Source: Alphaproteobacteria bacterium (GTDB lineage Bacteria > Pseudomonadota > Alphaproteobacteria > MPNO01). From it: DNA of 64,000 bases. Shown here in pieces: positions 38,777 through 49,257 of this stretch; positions within the stretch are counted from its first letter, which is position 1; each line of letters begins with the position of its first letter. The stretch lies in assembly GCA_965248835.1 (NCBI GenBank), contig CBDFLJ010000002.1, forward strand, positions 1,056,001 to 1,120,000, written 5' to 3'. Under the pieces are notes generated by a model. The model made no database searches and was not told where the DNA came from. It worked only from the letters and a program-made list of their open reading frames with translations. The translations under genes and the position numbers were made by a program.

Positions 38777-39610
38777 GGGTCTGTACCTAATTGTAGAATG
38801 TGATTCTCTTGTTGGATTGAATTGTTATGGAGGGGATCGATGGGCGGTGGACTGTTCTGGTTGAGTGAAGGGCAATGGGCTCGGATCAAGCCGCATTTGC
38901 CGCAGGGTCTGACGGGGCCAAGGCGTTCGGACGATCGGCGGATCATCAGCGGCATTATCCATATGCTGCAATGCGGCGCGCGCTGGCGCGACTGTCCTGC
39001 CGCGTATGGTCCGTACACCACCATCTACAACCGCTTCAACCGCTGGTCCAAACACGGCCGCTGGCAGGCGATCTTCGCCGCGCTGGCCGCCAACGCCGAG
39101 GAACCGGTGGCGCTGGCGCTCGATTCCAGTTCGGTCAAGGCGCACCGCTCGGCGGCGGGCGGAAAAGGGGGGAGAAGAATCAGGCCATCGGACGCTCGCG
39201 CGGCGGGCGGACGACAAAAATCCACGCCCTGAGCGATCCGCGCTGCCGCCCGGTGGCGTTCGTCCTGAGCCCAGGCCAGAAGGCCGATATCGCGGCCGCG
39301 GTCGATGTGCTGGCCGTGGCGCCGCCCATGACCGCGCTGATCGCTGACAAGGCCTATGACGGCGATGCGCTGCGCGCCGACATCGCCAGCCGCAACGCAA
39401 CGCCCGTCATCCCTAACAAGGCCAGCCGCATCAATCTCCACCCCTTCGACGCCAAAACCTACCGCGACCGCAACGTCATCGAGCGCATGTTCTGCCGGCT
39501 CAAGGACTTCCGCCGCATCGCCACCCGCTACGACAAGCTCGCTCGAAACTTCCTCTCCGCAGTCTGTCTTGCCGCTATCCTCGCCTACTGGCTCAATTGA
39601 GTCTGGACCC
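38777..39610 (+). mobile_element. Complete IS5-family (IS427-group) element, 834 bp
   Basis: IRs GGGTCTGTACCTAATTG / revcomp GGGTCCAGACTCAATTG; TA duplication at 38775-76 and 39611-12. Confidence 0.93.
38840..39600 (+). CDS. IS5 transposase, probably expressed by -1 frameshift
   Basis: orfA FWLSEGQW..DDRRIISGI..LDSS; AAAAGGGGGG at ~39163; orfB GGRTTKIH, ADKAYD, RNVIERMF, FRRIATRYDK. Confidence 0.9.
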
Positions 39611-41684
39611 TAGTCTCAATGAGTCGATGCGCCGCCATCCAGGCGCCGTCTTCACATGGAGTCAGCAGTACATGTTCAAGAAGTGCCGCGCGGAGGCCGT
39701 GTTCCTTGTGAAAGATCTCTGTCAGCCGATTTCTGGTGTCGTCGTTGTAGCCGTCACTTCCGTCCAGCCAGTCGATCCATGCCCATATGCGCCCCGCTTC
39801 GATCCCTGGATCGGCTTCCAGAACCCGGACCGTAAGGCGTCTGACCAGGTCCGCGAGGTGCGACGTCGCGGAATGATCGGCCTCCCCTATCAACGGCCGC
39901 GCACGTTCGGCCAAGCCGTCGAGCAATGTTGCGAGCTGTTCGGTGTCGAGGTCGCCGAAAAGATGGCTGGGCACATGCCTTATCTCGCGCGATACGGATG
40001 CGGGGCCCTGATTCGCGGCAAGCCCGAAAAACGCCAAAACGACGTCGATGGCAGTTCCAGTGGACACGGTAGGCGCCCCGACACGGGCGAGTACCTCGCA
40101 TGCCAGCCGCGCGGAGTCGGCTTCTTCCATTTCGAGCAGCCGGCGAATGGTCGCTTCCCAATCAGCGCAGGCACCTGTGGCGCATATCGCATCGGCGGCA
40201 CATGACCGTTCCGCAAGAATGCGGTCCCGGTCGAACAAAATCGTCTCCAACGCCGACGCGAGTTCCTCGGCGAGGGCTGTCCCGGCCACCGCTTCGAGTA
40301 GAAGGACGGTAAGTTGCGTATGGAGGCGGGGCGTGCCGATGATGGCAAGGATGTCATCCTTGAGTTCCGCGCACACCAATCCCGATGCAGGGTGCCTACC
40401 CCAATCTTCGGATCTGAAATAGGGGTCTTCCTCGGACAGCTTCTCAAGTGCGGCGAGCAAGGCCCGCGCCTGTTCGAGGCCAAGCGTCTCCGCTTCGCCA
40501 TAGCGCAATACGGCGTAGGGATCGGCGCCAATGCATCGACCGGCCAGGACGGCGCTGAAGTGCGCCATCCATGCGTGCAGGCCACGCAGAGAGGTCGGCA
40601 CACCCTCGCCCTGCCGGAACAGAGCGAAGATCCTTCTCTCCGAGACTTCGTTGTCGAAGCACCGCACGAGCCATTCGGCGCCAAGATATTCGGCGATCAC
40701 GCGATGGATGTGCGTGAACCGGCTCTCGCCTTCGGCCTGAAACAGGCGGGTCCTGAGCGCATCATCAGCGGCCTCACCGAACAGAAGTGCGGCAACATCG
40801 GAAACGTTCACAAAGTCTTCCGGGGTGTTGGCGTATGGACCGGTATACACGCCGATGCGAGCGCATAGCACTTGGGTCGCACAAATCGCGCCGGCGGCCA
40901 GCAGCAGATCCTCATGACTTCTGTGAACATGTGAATCGTCAAGATGACGAGGATTTTTTTCGGAGAGCATGACACGGCAGGCGCGGTCGAACAGTTGGGC
41001 GCGAGTATCGGGAAGTGAGCCATCTTCTTGCGCGACCTCGCCGAGCATTCGCAGAGTCAGTGGATTTTCGTAAATACCTTCAAGCCCGCGGCTCGCGAGG
41101 TGCTCCAGAACGAAGCCCGCATCGACCGTCGGGAATTCATTCGACAAGAAGTCTTGAGCATCGCCATACCCAAAGGGCTGGAGGTGCAACAGCACCGGCG
41201 CTGCACCATAATCATCCTTGATCTGGATGCTATCGGCCGCGCCCCGCCAATCTGCTTCGCGGCAAGAGAGGATGAAAGACGGGTTGCCCATTTTGGATAG
41301 CTGGCTTAGGACGGAATCGACCGCACCCCCGGGGGTGGAAGAGGCGATCTCGTCGAGCCCGTCGACGATGATGCGCTCATCTGCGGGGATCAGAGCCTCG
41401 GGCTTGGCAGTGCGCACGAATGTACCCGCTCGGCAGTACTTCATGCTGGGCAGCTCGCCGAGCGTTTTGGTGAGGACGCTCTTACCCAGACCGGGATCAC
41501 CCAGGATTACGATTGGCTCGGGGATGGCTGCAATCTGGTCCTGATCGATGACTTGCGGCTGTCGGTCGCGGTCCTCGTGAGCCAGTTTTCTCGTGATCGG
41601 GTTCGACATCAGGTTCTTCTATCAGATAAGTTTGCTCATCCCCATGCGGTGGGAATGCGGCCGGAGGATCTTCTCGATCAGGCT

Positions 41685-42965
41685 TCACACGGCCAGGCTG
41701 GTCAGCGCCTGGATCGCCCAGCCGCCCAAGGCGCCCAGAATCACCACCAGCCAGGGCGGCAGTTTCCAAACCGCCAACGCCGCCAAAGCAGCCAGCGCCA
41801 GAGCGAAGTCGCCCGGCGCCCGGATGCCGCCGGTCCAGACCGGATCGTAGAGCGCGGCAAGCAGCAGGCCGACGACGGCGGCGTTGATCCCGCGCAGCGC
41901 CTTGCGAGCAGGTTTGAGCCGGCGGACGGACTCCCAGAACGGCAGCACGCCGGCGATCAACAGGAAGGACGGGGCAAAGACCGCGCCCAGGCAGATCAGG
42001 GCGCCGAGCCAGCCGTTCGGTGCTGCGGCCATCACCGTGCCGAGATAGGCCGCGAAGGTGAACAACGGCCCCGGCACGGCCTGGGCGGCGCCGTAGCCGG
42101 CGAGGAAGTCATCCTTGCCCACCCAGCCCGGCGGGACGATTTCGGCCTGCAGCAGCGGCAGAACCACATGGCCGCCGCCGAAGACCAGCGCCCCCGACCG
42201 GTAGAAGCTGTCTACGAGAAGCAGCGATTGCGCCGGGTAGTAGGCGGCAAGGACCGGCAGGCCGAGGAGGAGAGCGAGGAACAGGCCGAGCAAGCCGATG
42301 GAGACGGATTTCCGCAGCGGGACCCCGAGCCCGGCGGTCGGCTCATCGGGATCGACCGGCAGGAAGGCCAAGCCGGCGATGCCGCCGGCGAGGATGACGA
42401 CGACATGGAGCAAGGGGACCGGTGCGGCAAGGACCGCGACGGCCGCCAGCACCGCCAGACTCGCCCGGCGCATATCGGGGCAAAGGGTTCTCGCCATCGC
42501 CCATACGGCCTGGGCGAGGACCGCGACCGCGACGGCCTTCAACCCGTGCAGCAGTCCCGGCGGTATCGCCTCGGCATAGGCGAGGATTCCGTAGCCGAAC
42601 GCGCAAAGCACCACCGCCGAGGGCAGCGTGAAGCCGAGCCATGCCGCGAGCGCGCCGGGAATCCCGGCCCTTGCAAGCCCGATCCCGATGCCGACCTGGG
42701 AGGATGCCGGACCCGGCAGGAACTGGCACAGGGCAACGAGATCCGCATAGGCGGCTTCCTCGATCCAGCGGCGGCGGACGACGAACGCCTCATGAAAATA
42801 ACCAAGATGGGCGATCGGCCCGCCGAAGGACGTCAGCCCGAGCCCGAGGAAGACGAGGAAGACCCGCGCCGCGGGTATCCTGGCGATGGATCCGCTCATG
42901 CGCGCGTCGGCAATTCCGGCGTGGGACTGTTCACGGTGCGCCGGGTCCCGCCGCGGGCCTGACAT
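41685..42965 (-). CDS. chrA: Chromate efflux transporter (long-chain CHR)
   Basis: SFGGPIAH, QFLPGPASSQ, VFGGGHVVLPLL, AQAVPGPLFT; alternative start 42899. Confidence 0.92.
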   Translation of the reverse strand: MSGPRRDPAHREQSHAGIADARMSGSIARIPAARVFLVFLGLGLTSFGGPIAHLGYFHEAFVVRRRWIEEAAYADLVALCQFLPGPASSQVGIGIGLARAGIPGALAAWLGFTLPSAVVLCAFGYGILAYAEAIPPGLLHGLKAVAVAVLAQAVWAMARTLCPDMRRASLAVLAAVAVLAAPVPLLHVVVILAGGIAGLAFLPVDPDEPTAGLGVPLRKSVSIGLLGLFLALLLGLPVLAAYYPAQSLLLVDSFYRSGALVFGGGHVVLPLLQAEIVPPGWVGKDDFLAGYGAAQAVPGPLFTFAAYLGTVMAAAPNGWLGALICLGAVFAPSFLLIAGVLPFWESVRRLKPARKALRGINAAVVGLLLAALYDPVWTGGIRAPGDFALALAALAALAVWKLPPWLVVILGALGGWAIQALTSLAV

Positions 42966-43025
42966 CCCGTTCCGCTCTGCGCTGGGCCACTATGCTCCGG
43001 TCCTTCGGGTCGGACACGGTGGACC

Positions 43026-43880
43026 CTAGGCGGAACTCGGCGCCGATCCGTTGCGGCGCCAGATGACCGGGAACAGCTCGTCGTCCTCCGGATACGCCCC
43101 GTTTTCGAGATCGGGCCATTTGGGCAAGCCCATCACGCGCGGGCGGCGGTCCCAGGTCACGTCGTCGCCCAGATAGCGGATCGACAGCGCCATCCTGCGC
43201 GTCTCCAGGGATACGTTGCCTCCGGCGCCGTGCACCGTGAGCGGGTGGTGGCAGATGCAGTCGCCCGCCTCCACGTCCCAGGACAGGAACGCGAGCGAAG
43301 GGTCGTCGCGGCGCTCGCCAAAATCCGGGCATTCCTCGAGATCCGTGTCGGTGAACGCCGCGTCCTCGTCGGGCGTGACCGCGCAGTAGAACTTGTTCCA
43401 TCGGTGCGAGCCGGCGACGTATTCGAGCCCGCTGGTCTGCCTGGTCACCGGGGTCAGCGCGAGCCAGATCGAGGCCAGATGCTCGCCTCGGAACGGCCAG
43501 AACGGCAGATCGTGATGCCACTGCGTCGGCGCGCCGGTGCCGGGATCCTTGACGAAGAGCTGGTCGTACCAGAACCGCACCTGGTCGACACCCATCAGGG
43601 TCGCGGCGATCTCGGCTGCCGGGGAGTCGTTGCGGAAGGCGAGGAACTCCGGGTCATAAACGCTCATGAACCTATTGATCGTGAATTTCGCCTCCTCGCC
43701 GGGAAGCTGCGCCACGCGCCGTCGGTGCGCGCCGCGTTCGCTCTCGAGGTATCGGGTCATCGCCGCGCGCATGCGCGTGACCCAATCCTGATCGAACATT
43801 CCCCGCAGGCAGACGACCCCCTGGTCGTTATAGGCATCCATATCGGCCTGGATGATCTTCCGTCCCGGTCGTTTGTTCAT
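43026..43880 (-). CDS. PhyH-family Fe(II)/2OG dioxygenase
   Basis: FVKDPG..PTQWHHD, WLAL, YVAGSH, GDCICHH..TVHGA, RR.LSIRY. Confidence 0.9.
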   Translation of the reverse strand: MNKRPGRKIIQADMDAYNDQGVVCLRGMFDQDWVTRMRAAMTRYLESERGAHRRRVAQLPGEEAKFTINRFMSVYDPEFLAFRNDSPAAEIAATLMGVDQVRFWYDQLFVKDPGTGAPTQWHHDLPFWPFRGEHLASIWLALTPVTRQTSGLEYVAGSHRWNKFYCAVTPDEDAAFTDTDLEECPDFGERRDDPSLAFLSWDVEAGDCICHHPLTVHGAGGNVSLETRRMALSIRYLGDDVTWDRRPRVMGLPKWPDLENGAYPEDDELFPVIWRRNGSAPSSA

Positions 43881-43904
43881 GTTTTACCTCGTCGATCGCA
43901 GTGA

Positions 43905-45197
43905 CTATTCCATGAAGCTCGGAAGGAACAGCGACAAGCCGGGGATCGAGACGATCAAGGTGATGCGCACCAGATCCGCGGCGACGAACGGGATCACCCC
44001 GCGGAAGATCTCGGTGAGCTTTATGTCGGGCAGCATTGCGTTGAGCACGAACACGTTGAGGCCGATCGGCGGGGTGATCAGGCTGATCTCGATGACCACC
44101 ACGACGACGATGCCGAACCAGATCAGGTCGAAGCCCAGCGCTTGCATGACCGGGTAGAAGACCGGCACCGTCAGCAGCATCATCGAGACGCTTTCCAGGA
44201 TGCAGCCGAGCAGGATGTAGATCGCAACGCAGATCACCACGACCATGATCGGTGCGATCGCGACGGTCTCGAACCAGTCGGCGAGCATGTTCGGAAGCCG
44301 CGAGACGTTGATGAAGTTGGCGAACAGCAGCGAGCCGACCAGCAAGGTCATCAGCATCGCCGTCGTTCGCCCGCTCTCGGCCAGGATCTCGAGCGTGATC
44401 CGCCAGGTCAGGGTCTTGCGGGCCAATGCGATGATGAATGCGCCGGTGGCGCCGATCCCGGCCGCCTCGGTGGGGGTGAACCAGCCGATATAGATGCCGC
44501 CCATCACGATCAGGAACAGCACCAGCATGCCCCAGACGCCGCGCAGCGCCCGGATGCGTTCCGACCACGGAACCGCCTCGGCCGGCGGGCCGAGCTCGGG
44601 GTTGATGCGGGTCACAACCGCGACTGCCCCGGCATAGAGCGCCACGCCGATGATTCCCGGGATGATGCCAGCCGCGAACAGTTGGCCGATATCGGTCTCT
44701 GTCATGATGCCGTAGAACACCAGTGCGATGCTGGGTGGGATCAGGATGCCGAGCGTGCCGCCGGCGGCGATCGAGCCCGCGGCGAGGCTGTCGGCATAGC
44801 CGAAGCTGCGCATCGGCGGCATCGCGACCTTGGCCATCGTGGCCGCGGTCGCGAAGCTCGACCCGCAGACCGCGCTGAAGCCGCCGCAGGCAACGATCGT
44901 CGCCATCGCCAGCCCGCCGCGGCGGTGGCCGAGCCAGCGGTTGGAGGCCTCGTAGAGGTCGTGGCTGATGCCCGAGCGGGCGACGAAATTGCCCATCAGG
45001 ATGAACAGCGGCAGCACCGAGAAGTCGTAGACCATGACCATGTCGGTCGCGGTGTTGCCGATGCTCCGCAGCGCCGGCGTGAGCCCGACGTAATAGGCGA
45101 ACCCGGCGGTGCCGACGATCGCCATCCCGAAGGCAATGGGGATCTGCAGCAGCAGAAGGACGAACAGGATGACGAAGCCGAGGGCGACGACTTCCAT
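43905..45197 (-). CDS. dctM: TRAP transporter large permease
   Basis: LPLFILMG, GSSFATAA, GGTLGILIPPS, FTPTEAA, ITPPIGLN. Confidence 0.93.
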   Translation of the reverse strand: MEVVALGFVILFVLLLLQIPIAFGMAIVGTAGFAYYVGLTPALRSIGNTATDMVMVYDFSVLPLFILMGNFVARSGISHDLYEASNRWLGHRRGGLAMATIVACGGFSAVCGSSFATAATMAKVAMPPMRSFGYADSLAAGSIAAGGTLGILIPPSIALVFYGIMTETDIGQLFAAGIIPGIIGVALYAGAVAVVTRINPELGPPAEAVPWSERIRALRGVWGMLVLFLIVMGGIYIGWFTPTEAAGIGATGAFIIALARKTLTWRITLEILAESGRTTAMLMTLLVGSLLFANFINVSRLPNMLADWFETVAIAPIMVVVICVAIYILLGCILESVSMMLLTVPVFYPVMQALGFDLIWFGIVVVVVIEISLITPPIGLNVFVLNAMLPDIKLTEIFRGVIPFVAADLVRITLIVSIPGLSLFLPSFME

Positions 45198-45202
45198 TGC
45201 GC

Positions 45203-45739
45203 TCAGCCTTCCACCACGCCGCGCGGTGCGAGCGGTGTGCGAAGCGACCGCCAGGCGAGCGCGAAGAAGATCGCCGCGGCCACGATGGTCAGCAGCGCCA
45301 TCGCATAGACGAATGTCGAGGTCTGGATCTGGAGGAACATCATCAATTCGTTGGCCGCGGCGAGCGAATCGCCCTGGATCCAGACCTCGCGCGCCCAGAC
45401 CACCGACAGCCCGCCCATCAGGAGATTGAGCACGAAGTGCTGGGCCCGCTTGAGGCTACCCTTGAACAGGCGGTCGAGCAGCCCGATGGTGATGTGCTCG
45501 CGCCGCGCGCAGACCAACGGCAGCCCGAGATAGACCGTGAAGGCCATCATCAGCTCGGTCACCTCGAAGCCTGCCGGGACCGGCCGGTCGATCGTCTGGC
45601 GGCCGAGCACGTCGACGAAGGTGAGCACCATCATCGCGAACACCAGGACTGCCAGCACGACGCCGAGCGTCGCGTCGAGCCCGCGCGCAAGGCGGTCTTC
45701 GAACGCAGTCTCGGTGCGCAGTCGGTTTCCCTCGGACAT
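45203..45739 (-). CDS. dctQ: TRAP transporter small permease
   Basis: Four TM helices, DVLGR, FEVTE, EHITI; lies between dctP and dctM. Confidence 0.88.
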   Translation of the reverse strand: MSEGNRLRTETAFEDRLARGLDATLGVVLAVLVFAMMVLTFVDVLGRQTIDRPVPAGFEVTELMMAFTVYLGLPLVCARREHITIGLLDRLFKGSLKRAQHFVLNLLMGGLSVVWAREVWIQGDSLAAANELMMFLQIQTSTFVYAMALLTIVAAAIFFALAWRSLRTPLAPRGVVEG

Positions 45740-45803
45740 GATCGGGCGCCGGCGGGCGGCGGCAGGACGCGACGCCTGTCCTCACCCCGTGCGGCCGGGC
45801 CCC

Positions 45804-46850
45804 TTACGAGCCGTAGTTTTCGACTTCTCGGCGGAACATCTTGAGCGCCGCGGCACCGTCGACCCCGGCCTTTTCCGCCTTCTTGATCCAGTTCTGCTCG
45901 AAGACGGCGAGCTTCGCCCTGAGATCGGCCAGCGGCTTGCCCGTGAGCGTGGTCCAGGTCACCCCGTCCTCCTTGAGCTGCGAGGGTGCCCATTTCTCAC
46001 GCTCGTCCCATTTGCGTCCGATGCGCTTTCCGCCCAGTACCTCGCCGGCGTGCGCCATGATGGTCGCCTGGTCCTTGCTCGAGACCTTGTTCCACTTGGT
46101 CTGGTTCATCGCGATCAGGAAGCTGACATTGTAGAACCCGCCGGGAATATGGGTGGCGAACTTGACGAACTTGCCGATCTTGAAGGCGTAGATCGCCTCG
46201 TCGGTCAGCGTCGTTCCGTCGAACACCCCCTTGGCCAGCCCGTCGCGCAACTTGGTGACCGGCGCCGCCATCGGCACGCCGCCGAGCAGCTTCAGCGCAT
46301 TCGACGTGGTGTTGTTGGGGATGCGGAGCTTGAGGCCCTTGATGTCATCCAGCGTCAGGATCGCCCGCTTGTTGTTGTAGATCTGGCCGGGGACGTGCAG
46401 GAAGAGCGACAGCGCCTTGACGTCGTGGTGCATCCCGGCCGGCTCGAACATCTTCTTGAAGACCCGCCAGTAAGCGACCGAGTTGGCTTCGGCAGACTTG
46501 GTGAGGAACGGAAGCTCGGGCATCTCGCTCAGCGGGAAGGTGCCCGGCGCATAGCCATGAACCACAAACACCGCGTCGGCAATGCCATCGACCGCGAGCT
46601 GATACTGGCGCGGCGGGGCACCGAGCCCCTTGGCCGTCGGCTGGATGACGACGCGGCCCTCGGTCGCCTTGTCCATCTCCTTGAACCATTTGTGCAACAG
46701 CGCGCGCTGGGTCCAATGGCCGGGCGGCAGCCATTGGCTGTAGCGCAGGAACAGTTTCTCGGCCGATGCCGCCTGGGGCATCACGAGCGCCGCCGCCGCA
46801 AGGGCGCCGGCGGCCGCTAATCCACTGAAACTCCGTAGAATCTCGTTCGT
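45804..46850 (-). CDS. dctP: TRAP substrate-binding protein; start codon non-canonical or mutated
   Basis: ATEGRV, DGIAD, PGTFPL..MPELPF, DIKGLKLR; signal peptide continues in frame upstream of GTG 46784 to ACG 46850. Confidence 0.85.
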   Translation of the reverse strand, partial: TNEILRSFSGLAAAGALAAAALVMPQAASAEKLFLRYSQWLPPGHWTQRALLHKWFKEMDKATEGRVVIQPTAKGLGAPPRQYQLAVDGIADAVFVVHGYAPGTFPLSEMPELPFLTKSAEANSVAYWRVFKKMFEPAGMHHDVKALSLFLHVPGQIYNNKRAILTLDDIKGLKLRIPNNTTSNALKLLGGVPMAAPVTKLRDGLAKGVFDGTTLTDEAIYAFKIGKFVKFATHIPGGFYNVSFLIAMNQTKWNKVSSKDQATIMAHAGEVLGGKRIGRKWDEREKWAPSQLKEDGVTWTTLTGKPLADLRAKLAVFEQNWIKKAEKAGVDGAAALKMFRREVENYGS

Positions 46851-46987
46851 TTCGCTGTTGCGAAGCGGTCATTCGGCAGCCGCAATGCGATCGTTTCGAG
46901 CTTACGATTGTCCGTTCCGGTCGGCAAGGCGGCCGAGACCGGCATGGGTGCGTGCGCGCTCCCGACGGGCGATGCCACCGAAGGCAA

Positions 46988-47800
46988 TCATCGCGCAGCC
47001 ATCCAGTCGAGGGCGCGGCCGAGCCACGGGCCGTCGGCCTCGCCGCCGGCAAGGCTCGCCGTGAAGTGATCGCGGCCCTCGAGCACGATGCGCTCGACCT
47101 CGCAACCCTTGGCGGCCAATGCCGCTTCCATCCGCTCGGCCTGGGTGATCAGGTGTGGAAAATCCTTGCTGCCATGGGCGATCAAGAACGGCGGCGGCGC
47201 ATCGCCGATCCTGTGGATCGGGCTTGCCGGACCGTCGTTCTCCGCGTCCTCCGGCCCCAGAAAGCGCGGGCGCATCGACATGCCGTTGCCCGGCATGAAG
47301 TCGAAGACGCCCGAGATCGGCAGGCAGCCGCGAACCGCACCGGGCGGCAGGACATCATCCCGGACGGCCAGAAGGGCGGTGTAATGCCCGCCCGCCGAAT
47401 GCCCGCCGATAAAGATCCTGGCCGGATCGCCGCCGTGGCCGGCGATATTCTCCCGCAGCCAGAGCGTGCCGGCGGCGATATCCTCCAGCCCCGTCGGGAA
47501 GACATGGGCCGGCGCGAGGCGATAGCCGATGCTCGCGAAGATCACCCCGGCGGCGAGGAAGCCCGGCGCCATGAAGTTCATGTGCTCACGGTATCCGCTG
47601 GTCCAGCCGCCGCCGTGGACGAAGGCGAAGACCGTGCCGTTCGGCGCCTCCGGCACATGCAGCGCGATCCCCTGGTATGGGTTCTCGCCGTAGAAGACGT
47701 CGATCCCGTCATGACCGGCCGAGCGGCGCGTGACTTCCTCGACATACGGCATGGCGAATTCCGAGAACGGTTCCTGCGGCGGATAGTCTTCGATGCGCAT
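46988..47800 (-). CDS. Alpha/beta hydrolase (HSL-type, arylformamidase-like)
   Basis: FVHGGGW, GYRLAP, GHSAGG, ISGVFD, DHF. Confidence 0.88.
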   Translation of the reverse strand: MRIEDYPPQEPFSEFAMPYVEEVTRRSAGHDGIDVFYGENPYQGIALHVPEAPNGTVFAFVHGGGWTSGYREHMNFMAPGFLAAGVIFASIGYRLAPAHVFPTGLEDIAAGTLWLRENIAGHGGDPARIFIGGHSAGGHYTALLAVRDDVLPPGAVRGCLPISGVFDFMPGNGMSMRPRFLGPEDAENDGPASPIHRIGDAPPPFLIAHGSKDFPHLITQAERMEAALAAKGCEVERIVLEGRDHFTASLAGGEADGPWLGRALDWMAAR

Positions 47801-47815
47801 CCGGTTTCGTCTCCT

Positions 47816-48529
47816 CTAAAGCCCGAGATAGGCTTCCTTGACCGAGGGGTTTTCGAGCAGTTCGGCCCCGGTGCCGGCGAGCGCGATGCGTCCGTTCTCC
47901 ATCACATAGGCGGAATCGGCGATGGCGAGCGTCGCGTGGATGTCCTGCTCGACGATGAAGACGGTCACCCCGCGCCCGCGGACCCGAACGATCATCTCGA
48001 ACAGGTCGGCGGCCACCGTCGGCGCCAGACCGAGGCTCGGCTCGTCCAGCAGCAGCAGGCGCGGACCGGACATCAGCCCGCGGGCCAGCGCCAGCATCTG
48101 CTGCTCGCCACCGGACAGCGTCCCGCCGGCCTGGCGCCGCCGCTCGCGCAGCCGCGGGAACAGGGCGAACATCTCCTCGATACGGGCTTCGGCCGCGGCG
48201 CGGGCGCGGGGAACGACGGCGCCGACCTTGAGGTTCTCCTCGACCGAGAACTCGGGAAAGATCAGCCGGCCCTCGGGGACCAGGGCGATGCCCCGCTCGA
48301 CGCGGCGATGCGGCGCGGTGCCGGCGATCTGGGCGCCCGCGAAGGCGATGCTTCCGTGATTGAGCGGCAGCAGGCCGGCCAGGGTGCGCATCAGCGTGGT
48401 CTTGCCGGCGCCGTTGCTTCCCAACAGCGCCGTGATCGAGCCCTCGGCGACATCGAGCGACACGCCGTCGAGGATCCGCACCTCGCCGTAGCCGGCGCTG
48501 ACCTCGCGCACCTCGAGCAACGCCGTCAT
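47816..48529 (-). CDS. LIV-type ABC ATP-binding protein (LivF-like)
   Basis: GSNGAGKT, LVPEGR, LSGGEQQM, LLDEPSLGLAP, VKEAYLG. Confidence 0.92.
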   Translation of the reverse strand: MTALLEVREVSAGYGEVRILDGVSLDVAEGSITALLGSNGAGKTTLMRTLAGLLPLNHGSIAFAGAQIAGTAPHRRVERGIALVPEGRLIFPEFSVEENLKVGAVVPRARAAAEARIEEMFALFPRLRERRRQAGGTLSGGEQQMLALARGLMSGPRLLLLDEPSLGLAPTVAADLFEMIVRVRGRGVTVFIVEQDIHATLAIADSAYVMENGRIALAGTGAELLENPSVKEAYLGL

Positions 48530-49257
48530 CGGGTGCCGCGCCCGAGATAGGCCTCGATCACCGCCGTATCGTTGGCGATCGCTTGCGGGCTGCCTTCGGC
48601 GATCTTGACGCCGTGATGGATCACCACCAGCCGTTCGCAAAGCCGCATGAGCGCGCGCATGACATGCTCGATCACCACGATGGTCAGCCCGTGGCGCGCG
48701 CGCAGCGCATCGATGATCGCCAGCGCCTCGTCGACCTCGGTCGGCGTGAGTCCGGCCATCACCTCGTCGAGCAGCAGGAGCTTGGGCCGCGTAGCGATGG
48801 CGCGGGCGATCTCCAGCCGCTTGCGGCCGGCGAGCGTGAGCGTCCCCGCCGGATCGGCCGCCCGATCGGCAAGCCCGACCTCTTCGAGCACCTGTCGCGC
48901 ACGCGCCTCGGCGCGGGCCACCGACGGCTCGCGCCCGCTGCCGAACAGGACGCCGACCGCGACATTCTCCAGGACGCTCAGGCCGGCGAACGGGCGGACG
49001 ATCTGGAAGGCGCGCGCGATGCCCAGCCGGCTCACCTGGTCGGGGCGCAGGCGTTCGATGCGCCGGTCTTCGAACCGGATCGTGCCCTCGCTCGGGCGCA
49101 GGTTGCCCGCGATGAGCCCGAACAGAGTCGTCTTGCCGGCGCCGTTGGCGCCCATAAGGCCGACGATCTCTCCGGGCTCGATCGCCAAGTCGATCGAATC
49201 GACGGCGAGAACCCCGCCGAAGCTCCTGCTGAGCCCGTCCAGGCGGAGAATGCTCAT
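48526..49257 (-). CDS. LIV-type ABC ATP-binding protein (LivG-like)
   Basis: FGGV.AV, GANGAGKT, ARAFQ, LEIARA, LLDE, VIEH, EAYLG. Confidence 0.92.
   Translation of the reverse strand: MSILRLDGLSRSFGGVLAVDSIDLAIEPGEIVGLMGANGAGKTTLFGLIAGNLRPSEGTIRFEDRRIERLRPDQVSRLGIARAFQIVRPFAGLSVLENVAVGVLFGSGREPSVARAEARARQVLEEVGLADRAADPAGTLTLAGRKRLEIARAIATRPKLLLLDEVMAGLTPTEVDEALAIIDALRARHGLTIVVIEHVMRALMRLCERLVVIHHGVKIAEGSPQAIANDTAVIEAYLGRGTR

Larger units (their letters stand above)
36781..41609 (-). pseudogene. NACHT/STAND NTPase with C-terminal PD-(D/E)xK nuclease (Avs2/bNACHT-like), split by IS5; 1330 aa if restored
   Basis: Walker A GDPGLGKS, Walker B IIVDGLDE, LSCR, NPL.L; C-terminal ADI..-VEIK..QL...Y; removing the IS and one TA gives HRLIET-NLNLYP in frame. 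Confidence 0.85.

Noticed and set aside
38777-39024. N-terminus of the 747-aa ORF 36781..39024 as a real protein start
   Set aside because: It is the antisense strand of the inserted IS5; the true upstream half is 39611..41609
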